A stretch of 63,254 nt of DNA, counting the filler, from Octopus bimaculoides (lineage: Eukaryota), in NCBI RefSeq assembly GCF_001194135.2. It is 5 parts of 4 records of this genome, joined end to end, with 100 filler letters (N's around TTAATTAATTAA, not from the genome) between each part and the next. Parts side by side here need not be neighbours in the genome. Positions count along the whole stretch, not along the records: positions 1 to 29,916 come from NC_068983.1; 4 more parts are not named here. One strand, written 5' to 3'. A model generated the notes under the pieces. The model made no database searches, was not told the origin of the DNA, and saw nothing but the letters and a program-made list of their open reading frames with translations. The first letter of the stretch is position 1, and each line of letters opens with the position of its first letter. Shown one piece after another: positions 12,560 through 24,000 of the stretch. Both the position numbers and the translations under genes were made by a program.

Positions 12560-13060
12560 GTGCTATACTGCTAGTAATAAGATATAGTGTTGCTCTTTGT
12601 GAAGTCTGATAATAGTAGAACCATTGTGTAAGGCCAAGCTGAACACTCTGGTGTTGAGTGGAGTGGTTAATTGAGCAGAAATGGTGAGCAACAAAAGTAT
12701 TTTTCCAGAGGTAGATATTGTGTAGATGTTTGGTAACCTATTTTCCTGAGAATTAGCCACAGAACATTTCGATTAACAGTATCAAATGCTTAGCTCAAAT
12801 CAACAAAGTAATGGTATAGAGCAAGATTCTGTTCAATGCACTTTTCTTGTAATTGTCTGAAAGTAAAGATACGATCAGCTGTGTCCCTGGAGGAATGAAA
12901 ACCACACTGAGACTCAGACACTGTATTTGGAACTATGAAGGTATTTAAATGTTCTAACCAAATGCAGGCAAGTACCTTTCCAACCACAGACAAAATCGAA
13001 ATCCCATGAAAATTACTACACTGATCCTTTGGCCCCGATTTATACAAGGAGACTAAATGG
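12560..13060 (-). mobile_element. RTE (BovB-like) LINE RT fragment
   Basis: ORF 12790-13047: YKSGPKDQCSNFHGISILSVVGKVLA...SESQCGF...TADRIFTFRQLQEKCIEQN...FVDLS. Confidence 0.85.
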
Positions 13061-14470
13061 CATCAATCCAGTTTTGAGACACTTTCTCAGTTCTCCAACA
13101 GTGACAAATTAATATATTTAAGAGTTCAAATGGTGAGCAACAAAAGTATTTTTCCAGAGTTCAAATAAGTTATAAAAAGTAATAGTAGTCCATAATTAGT
13201 AAGTACAATAAATAGAATAATACAAAAATTAGTTATATATTACAGTAAAATCGAGCTGTAACAACAAATTCAGTTATTGCCTAATTTATTGCCAAGTCTT
13301 CATATTTTCAGTCTTGACCCAATGGCTATTTTTTATATAATGAATTTGCCTACCATATATACTTTTCTACTTGGCATAAAACTTTAGCTATATTGGTACT
13401 TCTGGCTCTCAGTTTTTAAGTATTCTAGTAAATCACTATTTTAACAAAATGATAGTTCCTTTTTGAATTATGATGTTACTTCGTAAATTAAAATCAAATA
13501 ATTTTTATCTGTAGGTGCAATATTTTAATAATATCCTTAGCTGCAATGTTTTAAGTAGAAATTTTCATGTTGATGTAATAACTTGTCCTGTACTTTTCCA
13601 GATTTATAATCACAAGAATATTATTTCTCTTGCTCGCTTTTTTCTATGTTTTTTCCAGGCTATGCTATTATGCTAATTAATAATGTGTCAAATAGCGGTG
13701 TCATTGATAATTTTTTCTATACCTCAATGATGCCAGTGACATATATTAAAAGTCCCCTTATAGAACTATATTCATAAAAAAGTATGGAACTATATTGTCA
13801 CCCTCAAATTTGAGAAACAAACACTCATAACTTTTTTCTTTTCAAACTTCATTGCATGAAATTGATACCACAAAATTCCTTGCATAAAATTGATACCACA
13901 AAATTCCTAGCATTGAGCTCTATCATTTTAGCTTAATTGAAATATAGTTTGTTTTTAAAATGAAAAAGTTAATTATACTTCAATCCAATTTTTTCTTCCT
14001 TATATTTTTTTCATGATATTTTACCTCACAACTGAAGCTAAGATAAATATATTTTGCTTTTAAAATAAAAAAAGTTGTTTGATCTAAACTCTCCTATAAC
14101 ATTGCTACAAATTTTGATGCAGACTTTTTCTACTGGACCAGATCTCAATTTTTTTATGCCAAAATGTAGCTAGGAACCAGTCCTCATCAAAAATGTAAAC
14201 AGTTTTCAATTTGGTTAGAAACTGAATTAGCGACAAGCTTTGAAAGATGATGCATGTGAGTAAATTGTGGCCTTAAGAATATTATGCAACTACTACCGTA
14301 GTTGAATGATAATTTGATTTGAAATTGTTGTACTATAAATGAAATATTTGATGTTTGTTGTGTTGGACTTGACAGTTTCATCTTTTAAATATCTTTCAAG
14401 TCAAAGAAATTTTCTTCACATGAGTTTATAATTTATTCATTTTTGTTTTTCTATTCTTCTTTCACCACAG

Positions 14471-14549
14471 AACTCTGTGAAATTCCTGAAAATATTAAAT
14501 TTTGTAAAAACTTGCAAGTCTTTGATCTCAGTAGCAATCCACTGCCAAG
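14471..14549 (+). CDS. scrib: Internal coding exon (79 bp, phase 1 to 2) of a Scribble/LAP-family leucine-rich-repeat protein: (E)LCEIPENIKFCKNLQVFDLSSNPLP(R/S)
   Basis: Acceptor ...ttctattcttctttcaccacag and donor AG|gtaagc. The peptide aligns with SCRIB/LRRC1 ([27 protein letters not shown]), and from memory the homologous vertebrate exon has the same length and phases. Another LAP paralogue (Erbin/Densin/LAP1) is not excluded. Confidence 0.85.
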
Positions 14550-14657
14550 GTAAGCCACTTTGTCATTGTTGTAGTCATCATCATCATCATCTTCTCTTCC
14601 TCCATACTATCAACATATACTTGACAACTGTCCAGAAGTTTATTGTTTATTTGTCCA

Positions 14658-16153
14658 TTGAGCTCTTTAGCATTCAAATTATTCTGTTAAATGCAATGTT
14701 TAATAATTTATTGTTTTGATTTAATCATGCATTATCTTGTATCTTTGAGAGTTTGAGGATGTAATTGTTTGTTTATTTTTCCAATGATATTATAATTGAG
14801 TTTTAGAGGCTGGATCAAGCTATAGGGGTTGGACAAAATAATGGAAACACCTTAAAATTTCTAACAAATTTATTTTAATAAGGGTTAGGACTGCCTTTGG
14901 CAGTAATTACAGCTTGGATTCTATGAGGTATGAACTCGTACAAAGTTTGAATTGTTTCCAAAGAAATTTTTGACCATTCTTCAGCTAAAAGTCTCCAGTT
15001 CTTGTAGTGATGATGGTGGAGGATATCGACTCCTTACTTGTTTTTCTAAAATGCACCATAAATGTTCAATAATATTGAGATCTAGAGATAAGATGACCAG
15101 ATAAGATGTTCAACTTGACTAGAATATTCCTTGTGCCATTCAGTAACAACTTTAGCAGTGTGAATTGGTGCATTATCATCCTGAAAAATTGCATTTCTCT
15201 CCAGAAACAGTTCATTAACCATAGGATGAATTTGATCAGATAAAATGCTTAGATAGTCTTGACTATTAATTCTGCCATGAAGAGAAACCATTGGGCCAGT
15301 GGATTTCCAAGATATAGCCCCCCCCCCCCAGCTCATCACAGATCCTCCATGATTAACAGTTGTGAGAAGGCAGTCTGGGTCAAATGCTTCTTTTGGCTGT
15401 TTCCACATGTATACTCGACCGGTGGTTGGAAATAAGATAAAGGATGACTCGTCCAAGAAAATAACATTCTTCCACTGCTCTAGTGACCAATTCTGTAGGT
15501 TTTTCCTCCACTCTGAACGTTTGTTTTTGAAAGTAGTGGTTTTCTGATTGCAGCCCTCCTGTGAAATCTAGTTTTGTGCAGCCTCCGGCAAACAGTTTTT
15601 GTGGAAACTGGGTTCTTGAGATGGTCATTAAGCTCTGCAGTAATTTTTGGAGCTATACTTTTGTGATCCTTTCTAACAATTCGTATAAGAGTTCGACGGT
15701 CCCTATCTGAAAGTTTGGGTTTTCTTCCGGAGTTTTGTTTCGACGAGGAGGTTTTTTCCCTCTTTCTCAAGGGCTGTCATTACTTTTCAGACATTACTTC
15801 TTGATATACCAAACATTTTGGCTGTTTTCGTTAGGCTAGCACCTGCCATACAAGCACCAACAATTCGACCTCTTTGAAAGTCCAATATCTCTGTCATTTT
15901 AATGAATTTTAATTACCTTCTTCTGATGATATCTGAAAAGAAACAGCAGTTTTAGCAAAACATATTAAGCAACACTAATAATAAACCAAAAAATATAAAG
16001 ATAAAGAAACTTTTGATGGTTTTATAGATATTTCAAAATTATGATGCTCTGATGCTAGGTGTTTCCATTATTTTGTCCAACCCCTGTAGTTTGAAAACAA
16101 AACAAGTAGGATATCTGAGCCAAATGTGGCCAGTTTAAATGCTAAAGGGTTAA
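14658..16153. mobile_element. piggyBac-like MITE (~220 bp) split by a Tc1 insertion
   Basis: Right end ...TTTAAATGCTAAAGGG-TTAA (16135-16153). Degenerate left end TTGA-GCTCTTTAGCATTCAAAT (14658 onward) is its inverted counterpart. Confidence 0.65.
14823..16086 (-). mobile_element. Near full-length Tc1-like DNA transposon with both TIRs and TA target duplication; transposase disrupted
   Basis: TIRs (T/C)AGGGGTTGGACAAAATAATGGAAACACCT at both ends, flanked by TA (14821-2 and 16087-8). Minus strand: MTEILDFQRGRIVG...SGRKPKLSDRDRR...DESSF...GGSVMSWG...FQDDNAPIHT...LNIIEHLW. Confidence 0.95.
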
Positions 16154-17303
16154 GGGTTTTTATTGTTAAAACTCAGCAGCATTCTTTTGGGCTGCTCTGT
16201 TATTTTGTGTCTTACCCCTAAATTTTGTTTTGAAAGATATTAATGTAAAAAGATGGCATCATGTACAGCCAGCCAACATGAAGAAAAGGCAAGAGAAAAT
16301 TGAGAGGAGGTGAGGGTGAAACCTGTACCTGTCTCTCTCTCCTTTTCACTCAGGACAATGTTCATGAACTTTCTCTCTTTCCAAGTCTAATGACTGAAAA
16401 ATTATATCATCAGCTCTGCAACAATCAGTGCCAATAACAGTGTAAGGTAACAGTGAAAGCATCAGCATCACTGCCACCACTATCAGCATTGTTAGCAACA
16501 ATCATTAGTAGCAGTAATAAAAATATTATTGCTATTGCTGGTGCCTTTCACAAATACAACTCAAGCTTCCAAAATAACCAAGCTATCAGTTAGAAGTTTA
16601 TCAGAAGCAAAGCAACTTCTGAAAACATTTGGACAAGAGATTTTCTTGAATCTACCTAAGTCAGCAGCAAAGTCAGCATGAGCAACAGTAGCCACCACAA
16701 CAACATCACAAATCAACAGTAATAATAACAACAATGCTAACAAAACCCAACAAAACAATAGAAATCACCAAACCTACCCATGATATACTTTCTCTCCTTC
16801 CAATCTCTTGGAAATGTTGACTAACAAGCAAAAGTAAAAACCCAAAAAGAGAAAACCATTGTGAGAAGATAAAGAAAAGAAAAACAAAGTTAAAGACCAT
16901 CCAACACAGAAGACTCAAATAAAAAACAAGTTTTACACTAACTAGCTGTACACACCTCTACCTCTGACTCTATAAGAAACAGAAAACCAAGAATGTTACC
17001 AACAAACTTCAGCCACGAATAAAATCAATAATTCAGTGAAATTTTTCAACCAACAGACAGAAAAACTTTTCCTAACACAATGCCACTATACACCAACTCA
17101 TATACTCACCCAAGAGATATTTAGCAGTCTCAAAACAAAATTACTCAAAGATGGAGAGCTCTTTAAAATACAATAAACAAAAGACTGTACAAATAGTTAC
17201 TTAGGAGTTGCACAACTAGTCAGAAAGCGAGATCATCCATCCTTCCAAAGGAACTGAGTAAGAAAACTTCCTCATTTTTACGTTTCCTATCAATATAGCT
17301 TTA

Positions 17304-19122
17304 TTCAGAATAGTAACATAAATGTGTATGGCATGGAGTCACTTTAGAAACTATGCCTCTTGCTTAACAACTTCAGGTCACTAGATATAGATGTAATAAC
17401 TGTCAACAGGATCAGGATTTCCAACACACACATACAGGCAACTATCTTAGATGACTACAAACAAGATATATGGATCTCTTAAACAGCAGGCTGTGTTAGG
17501 AGGAGTGGTAATGTTGTTCCAAAATGCTAAGTCTTGAGGTAGAGATGACCTTCCTGAACCCAGGTGTCAGTAGTCCTAGACATGAGCAGCAGCGAAGTTG
17601 ATGCTTTTATAAGTAGCAATCTTTGCTCCAACAGGGCAGGTTAGCTGGTTTTCTTGAAGAGCAGGTCATCCCTAAAGGCATGATAAGAAGTGTTTCTGGG
17701 AACATCTCACTCTTTATTGCTAATGGGTGACTAGAACAGTATCTTAAGCATACAGTGAGATTGTGTAGCATTAACCAGTAGGAGAGTGGGGTGTAAAAGC
17801 CTCACATATCTGTTCAAATGTTCACAACTGTCTGATCGGTGGAAAATTTGGGTGGTTGTTTAGTAAAAGCACCAGGTTATCCAGATCATTTCTACATAGG
17901 GTATTTATTCAGTCAGTGGACAAGGGTATAGTATGGGATGTCTGCAATTTCAGCTGGTCAGCTATACAGAGCACAAACTTGTGATCTGCACGGGACCCAG
18001 TTAGTAGAAGCTGAATGAATTGTTCCTGATATATAAAGCCTACAGAGACCATATCAGTATTTTAGTAAATGATGGTCGCTAGGGTGTTGGGTGCTTTGAA
18101 GTGGGGATTAGAAAATATACCGCTTTTAGCAAAGAAAAAGCAGTAGATTAGAGGGGGAGTAAATTAGAAGAGGCAACTAGGCAAAGTGTCTTGGCTGATG
18201 TGCTGACAGTAAGAAAGGATCTTGATCATTTCTTAAATGTGAAATATGAAGGTTGTTTTGTCAGAGCTCAAGTATAATCTTCTAAAACTGTTTGATGGGG
18301 TTGGAGTACCAGGGTGAAATAATAATAAAGCTATAATTCAGTCTTTGATAGCCATGGACAAACATGTGTTACTTGATTTCAAGCAGATGTGTGCATTTTT
18401 TCTCAGGGTGAATGGTGGAATAAAGTTGGTGGTAGACTTTAGTGACCTTCTGTGACTCTCGATAAAAAGTGTAGAGTTTTGCAAAAAGCTATAACACAGC
18501 TGAGATATGGGATGCAGAAAGTGGTTTTTTGAGGCACAGATGACCTGATTTGGGTGATCTGCTGTATGAGCTTTGCGCATTTTACGCCAGACTTGTTTCC
18601 TGACATCTTGCCTAGCATCTACTCCAGCAGGTAGCAAAATGAAAGAGTTCCCAGTTTTGTACTTGGGTATGGTGTTCCATTGAGGGAGGATGCAAACAAG
18701 GGAAACATAGTTGACAATTACTATCCTACAATTCTGCTAAATACATATTTAAGTTTTTATCTAAGGTACTAACAAAGAAGGTAGTTGATGAGAGGTTGGT
18801 CACTAAAGTACAGATGTGCACAATCCTAACCAGAACAGCTTTCATCTCATGCACTGTCGGGAGAGTAGGCTGTAAACCTGACATCAGAGGGGTTCTGGTC
18901 AACTTGACTCAATTGAAGACTTTCGGTAAGATTGGCCATCATAATTACTTGGTAGCTTCAGTCAGCTCAAGGTGGCCTGTTTTGGCACCATTTTCAAAGG
19001 TTAGATTGCTTCAATGCACAGTAACATCTGTTTCATGATGAGAGTAAATTGCTACCCATCAGAACCATTTCAGATCATGTGCTTGATCTATCAAGGGTTT
19101 CCTTTTGAACCTCTCCTGCATA
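17304..19122 (+). mobile_element. Decayed L1/Tx1-clade LINE ORF2 (APE endonuclease to RT domain 4)
   Basis: Across stops and frameshifts: FRIVT.NV.G; FLGTSHSLLLMGD; SF LHRVF (YLDR-like); YTEHKLV; DKGNIVDNY.P..LLN; LVNLTQ.K.F.KI.H (DQ.KAFD-like); SEPFQI...QG.P..PLL. Confidence 0.8.
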
Positions 19123-20313
19123 TACAAGAAGTAAAAATTCTCTGTACTTTCACCAAAACTTTCTTGAAATTGGCTGCACTGTCTTAAGTGCTCACATGCT
19201 AAAAGGTGGTACTCTTGTTGTTATGTGACCGAGGTTTGACCTTCATTGCTTTAGTTTTCCGTCTTGTAAATATGGACACTCTGCTGGTGTGCACCAAGGA
19301 AGAATAGAGATCAGTGATCCATTTTCTCTGGTCTGAAGGTGTGTCAGGAGCTGAAATTGATTGCACTACAATACAGGGACAGTGCTCTACTGTGTAGGAG
19401 TGTGTATGAGTGGATTAAGAAGTTTAAAAAAGGCTGGACAAGCATGAAACACAAAAATGGAGCAGAATGCTTATCAACCTCTACCATTGAGTGATGGTTC
19501 TGGTGAACTGACAAGTGATCATTGATGAGATGGCATGTTCTCTGCAAATTAGTCATGGTTCTGCATATAAGATCACCTACAAGCTTCACTTCCATAAAGT
19601 CTGTGTGCGATGGGTACCAAGAGAACTTAGTGAAGTGCATAAGCACATTCATGTGAAGATCTGTCAACACTTACTCAACTGCTACAACAATGAAGGTAAA
19701 AGTTTTTTGGAGAGTATAGTTACAGAAGATGAGACCTGGGTGCATCACTATGAACTAGAAGCCAAAAGCAGAGTATATAGTGGAAACACCTGGAGTTGTC
19801 TGCAAAAAGAAATTCAAGATTCAACCTTTTACAGAAAAAGTGGTGCTAACCATTTTTGGGGATGACTGTAGACCTTTTCCAGGTATATTCCAGTATAGGC
19901 TCTTTTGGGATGCAAAAGGGTCTATACTGGAATATTACCTGGAAAAGGGGTCTACAATCACCAGTGTAGGCTACAGTGAAATGCTGGCCAACAAACTGAA
20001 ACTAGCAGTTTGCACCAAATGATGAGGTCTATTGTCAAAGCGAGTGTTATTGTTGCCTGACAAAGCATGCCTACATACAACTGCCCACATCATTGAAACT
20101 ATTGAAAAATTGGGTTTCGAGTTGCTGTAACACCCTGCATGCAGACCAGATCTCACCCCTTTTGACTATCATCTCTTTGGATTACCCAGACATCCTTTAA
20201 CAGTTCATCAATTTGCTATGAATGAAGAAGTGCAAAAAGCAGTGCATAAATAGCTGCATGACCTCCCGAAAACTTTCTTCTCCACTGGAACAAGCAAGCT
20301 TGTGGACCACTGA
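19123..20313 (+). mobile_element. Decayed mariner-family transposon inserted at a TA in the Tx1 element; 3' end truncated
   Basis: MDTLLVCTKEE*RSVIHFLWSEGVSGAEI from 19272; SIVTEDETWVHHYELE; LLPDKACLHT (HDNARPHT-like); PDLTPFDYHLFG; LVDH. Begins at TATA 19121-4. Confidence 0.85.
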
Positions 20314-20472
20314 AAGAGCACATCAAAAAATCATTGTCCAATACACAACTTCTTTTGCCATAGCTATAAAACAGGAAGCCCATCTGCTTTTATCAGCTAA
20401 AAGAAGGCAGCAGGGCAATTTTCAGAATGGACTTGATCAATGGATCTATCTCACTCATGCTATTTGACAAAA

Positions 20473-20826
20473 ACTCCAGTTTTAAAAAGGGTGAATAGTA
20501 ATGTTGTTGGAAAACTTGCATAGCAAAAAGAAGGGAGGGGAGAGAGCATAAGAAACAGAGTTAGAGAAGGGAAGAGAATGACGGATGAGAAAGTACTTCT
20601 CATTGAGAAAATGTTGACAAACAATAATAACAACAATACGCATAAGAACTAAAAGAGCTACAACAGCAGCAGTATGTTTCACAGCAGCAACAAGGACATT
20701 CCCATCATCAATATAACAAAAGTGACCTCATTTGCAAATGTTATACAATAATGGTGATTAGATCATATCCTTTGCAATGATTTTATTAATGAAAATAAAC
20801 AATGTCTGGTAAAACCAAATGTTCTA
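20473..20826 (+). repeat. ~350-bp direct repeat, copy 1 (of 22240-22590)
   Basis: About 98% identical by eye; a few substitutions and one 3-bp indel. Confidence 0.92.
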
Positions 20827-20929
20827 TGTCAAAAAATGATGTAATTATTTTTCAACCCCTACTTTTGTTTTAATAAATTACCGAAACAAGGTTGCATATA
20901 ATCTTTAGCTTACCCTCGTACTAATTGTC

Positions 20930-21720
20930 AAACCACTATGGGAGTTGTTGATGGTATCCCATTTGAACTGGGGTGTAAAATAGTTCTTTTGGCATCAGGC
21001 ACCATGGAAATCGAGGTGGTTGAAACGATTCTAAAAAAGATAATGACTGGAACAAAAATTTACCAGCACAAGTTGGTGGGTTTGCAGCTTGATATTTGAT
21101 GAGGCAAGTGTATACCATCAAATAGTATTTAATAGCATTAGGAAGTGCTGGACTGATGGTCTTGTTAAGCTCATGGCTCTAGTTCACTGTAGACTTCTAG
21201 GTAAGAACTGGTAAGAACCTGGGATGAGGTTACAACCAAGGTGGCCAGTTTCACTAAGAAGTGGGCTGAAAAGACGCTTCCTTGAGAGGTTGGGCATAAA
21301 TGGTAAATACATATATTACCTTCTATATATTACTGCTTGTGAACCATGCTGTACTTTAGTGTGTCTCCTGTCAACATCCTTTACCTAGAGGACTAGATAT
21401 GTTGGGCTGATCAGTCATGCAGTGAAATGGTAGCATCTGCAAAGAAGATTCCTATATGGTGAGCATGCCTGTCCTTCACAGCTTGTCTCCTTGACAAAGC
21501 TACAGTCCTTGGTCAAGTGAAGATTAAGACTAGGCACTTGGTATCAGTCAAGATGGCTGGTGGAACTTCTACCATTGTATTGAGAAAAGTGGTAGGGAAG
21601 ATCTCCATTATTCTTGAGGTAACTCTAGATGTTGATAAGAATCAAGCAGTTAATCTGTTATGGAGAATTTTCAGCCCAGTAACTATGGATAACTTCTAGT
21701 GATTCTTTGTTTGACAGTGC
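20930..21720 (-). mobile_element. Highly decayed CR1/Jockey-like LINE 3' region
   Basis: Only faint motif remnants on the minus strand (QPL..R..AS-like; K.L.L.FT-like); many stops. Confidence 0.3.
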
Positions 21721-22239
21721 TACTGGGTTGTTGTTATGAGATAAACGGTAAAGGTATGGAAGTGCTGCCAACCAGTTCCTATTCACATTGCACACAGATT
21801 AATGAAACTGTACTGTCTACTCTCTTTCAGTTTCCAAGCATTAATAATTTGTAGAGTTTTTGTCAAATAGCATGAGTGAGGTGGATCCATTGATCAAGTC
21901 CATTCTGAAAATTTCCCTGCTTCCTTCTTTTAGCTGATAGAGCATATAGGTTTCCTCTGTTTCATAGCTACAGCAAAATAAGTTGTGTATTGGACAATGT
22001 TGAAAGGACTGAAAATTGATACTTTCCTCTTCAATCAAACCCTCATCAACTTTCCAAATTTCATTTAAAGTGAGAGTGAAGAGGGAAGTGCTGCACTCCA
22101 TCTTTCCTATAAAGTCTTTGAAATATGGGTATGAAATATGGGTGTGAAGATGATGCCTGTAAACAGACTTGGTCTGAGCACATGCCTGTAGGAAGTTTAA
22201 TTGTATTTTGAATTTGAATTTGTACTGGGTCAATTTTTG

Positions 22240-22590
22240 ACTCCTGTTTTAAAGATGGTGAATAGTAATGTTGTTGGAAAACTTGCATAGCAAAAAGAAG
22301 GGAGGGGAGAGAGCATAAGAAACAGAGTTAGAGAAGGGAAGAGAATGACGGATGAGAAAGTACTTCTCACTGAGAAAATGTTGACAAACAATAATAACAA
22401 CAATATGCATAAGAACTAAAAGAGCTACAACAGCAGCAGTATGTTTCACAGCAGCAAGGACATTCCCATCATCAATATAACAAAAGTGACCTCATTTGCA
22501 AATGTTATACAATAATGGTGATTAGATCATATCCTTTGCAATGATTTTATTAATGAAAATAAACAATGTCTGGTAAAACCAAATGTTCTA
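22240..22590 (+). repeat. ~350-bp direct repeat, copy 2; continues into probable Tx1 ORF1 remnant
   Basis: Matches 20473-20826. Confidence 0.92.
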
Positions 22591-23200
22591 GTCTTCCATC
22601 AATAGATAAAGGAAAAATTTGAACAAGAACCTTAATCAATAGATGCATTAAAAAAAAATACAAAACAGTGTATAATCTGATCCCAACAGAGGCAGAGAAA
22701 CGTTTGAATGATACTGGAGGTTCAATATGACATGTGAGGAGAAGAGAATATGGGATGGTGGTGGCTGTATGCCTCAATGAAATGGAGGCTAAAAAAATTC
22801 CTACACATAGATGAATACTTATTAATTCCAACCTAAGGAGATGTGTAAGTAAATTAACATTTTTATACATGCTACCAGAATTAAGTATTAAATATTTCAC
22901 CATGATATTTGAAGAATATGGTGAATTAATTACCATCACCAGAAGACTGCTCCTTTACCACTACCAAGAGAAGTGGTCAGTGATCAAAATAGGTGGAAAT
23001 GTTTTTCATACCTGATAGTTTTCTTAGGATCCCCAGCCTCATCTTCATGGAAAATGGTAAATGTATAAGTTTTGTGGCAGAAGACAGGAAGGCTAATGTG
23101 TTACTCATGTGGGAGCATCAACCATCAAAAGACTTTCTGACCTTAGGCAAAGAGACCCAAAACCTTTTGGCTGCCAACACCAGAACCACGGTAACACTAA
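22591..23200 (+). mobile_element. Probable decayed L1/Tx1 ORF1 (gag-like) remnant
   Basis: GRLMCYSCGSINH near 23090 resembles a CCHC zinc knuckle; the rest is heavily mutated. Confidence 0.3.
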
Positions 23201-23519
23201 CTACAACAACAGTGAAAGCAACAGCAACATGTTAAGAAACACAAACCATTGCCACTGCAGTGAAGGCATTTACTGTCACCACCTTCAAAAGAGGAAGCCT
23301 CACAAAGGTGCCTGCCTCCCCAAACCAACATTGACAGAAGTAATACAAACACATGCATCAATAAACTTTCATCATCTCTCTCCAATTTCTCAACAAAGGA
23401 TGAGGAGGAGGTGGAGCAAACTGAAATCTGGCAAACAAGAGAAAGAAAAGCCCTGTTACAAAAATTCAGAAAAATGGATGAGACTCCAATAAAAAGCTCA
23501 TGAGCACAACCATCAACTT

Positions 23520-24000
23520 CCACTTTCTTTTTTCCTGCTGCCTTGTTGATGGCTCACTCCTAATTCCACACAGCCTGTCCACAAGTTTGCCTCTCTTTTA
23601 CTTCTGCCGAATTTGCTGCTTTGTTGATGATATCAGTGCAGTATCATCAGTACAGTCAAGGTCATCAAGCTTCACAGTGAACTTCCACATGATACCATTC
23701 TCTCCATTTCTTACCATTCTCTTTATGACATATTGAAAAATGTTTCACTTCTGCCCTAATCTTAAATCAGTCTGTGGTTTCACCCTAATTGATCACTGCA
23801 AACTCAAAGTTGTCACACAAGGCTTTCACCATTGCAATGATCTTTTGAATGCCCAAAGGCTTTGTCTGTGCATTGAGTGGAAAGTTTGTTTGAAGTCAAT
23901 GAAGTTGATGCATAAAGATGCTTGCCACTCATTGAACTGCTCCATGATATTGCATAGTATGAAGATTTGTTCTTGTGGTTCCTCTTCCTTCCTTATATTT
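23520..24000 (-). mobile_element. Old RTE-clade LINE RT fragment
   Basis: Minus strand: GRGTT.EQIFILCNIMEQFNEWQASLCINFIDFKQTFHS...IIAMVKAL...FKI...VK. Confidence 0.75.

Noticed and set aside
20473-22590. Near-identical 350-bp direct repeats as LTRs of a retrotransposon
   Set aside because: No TG...CA ends, PBS, PPT or gag/pol between them; the interior is LINE debris.
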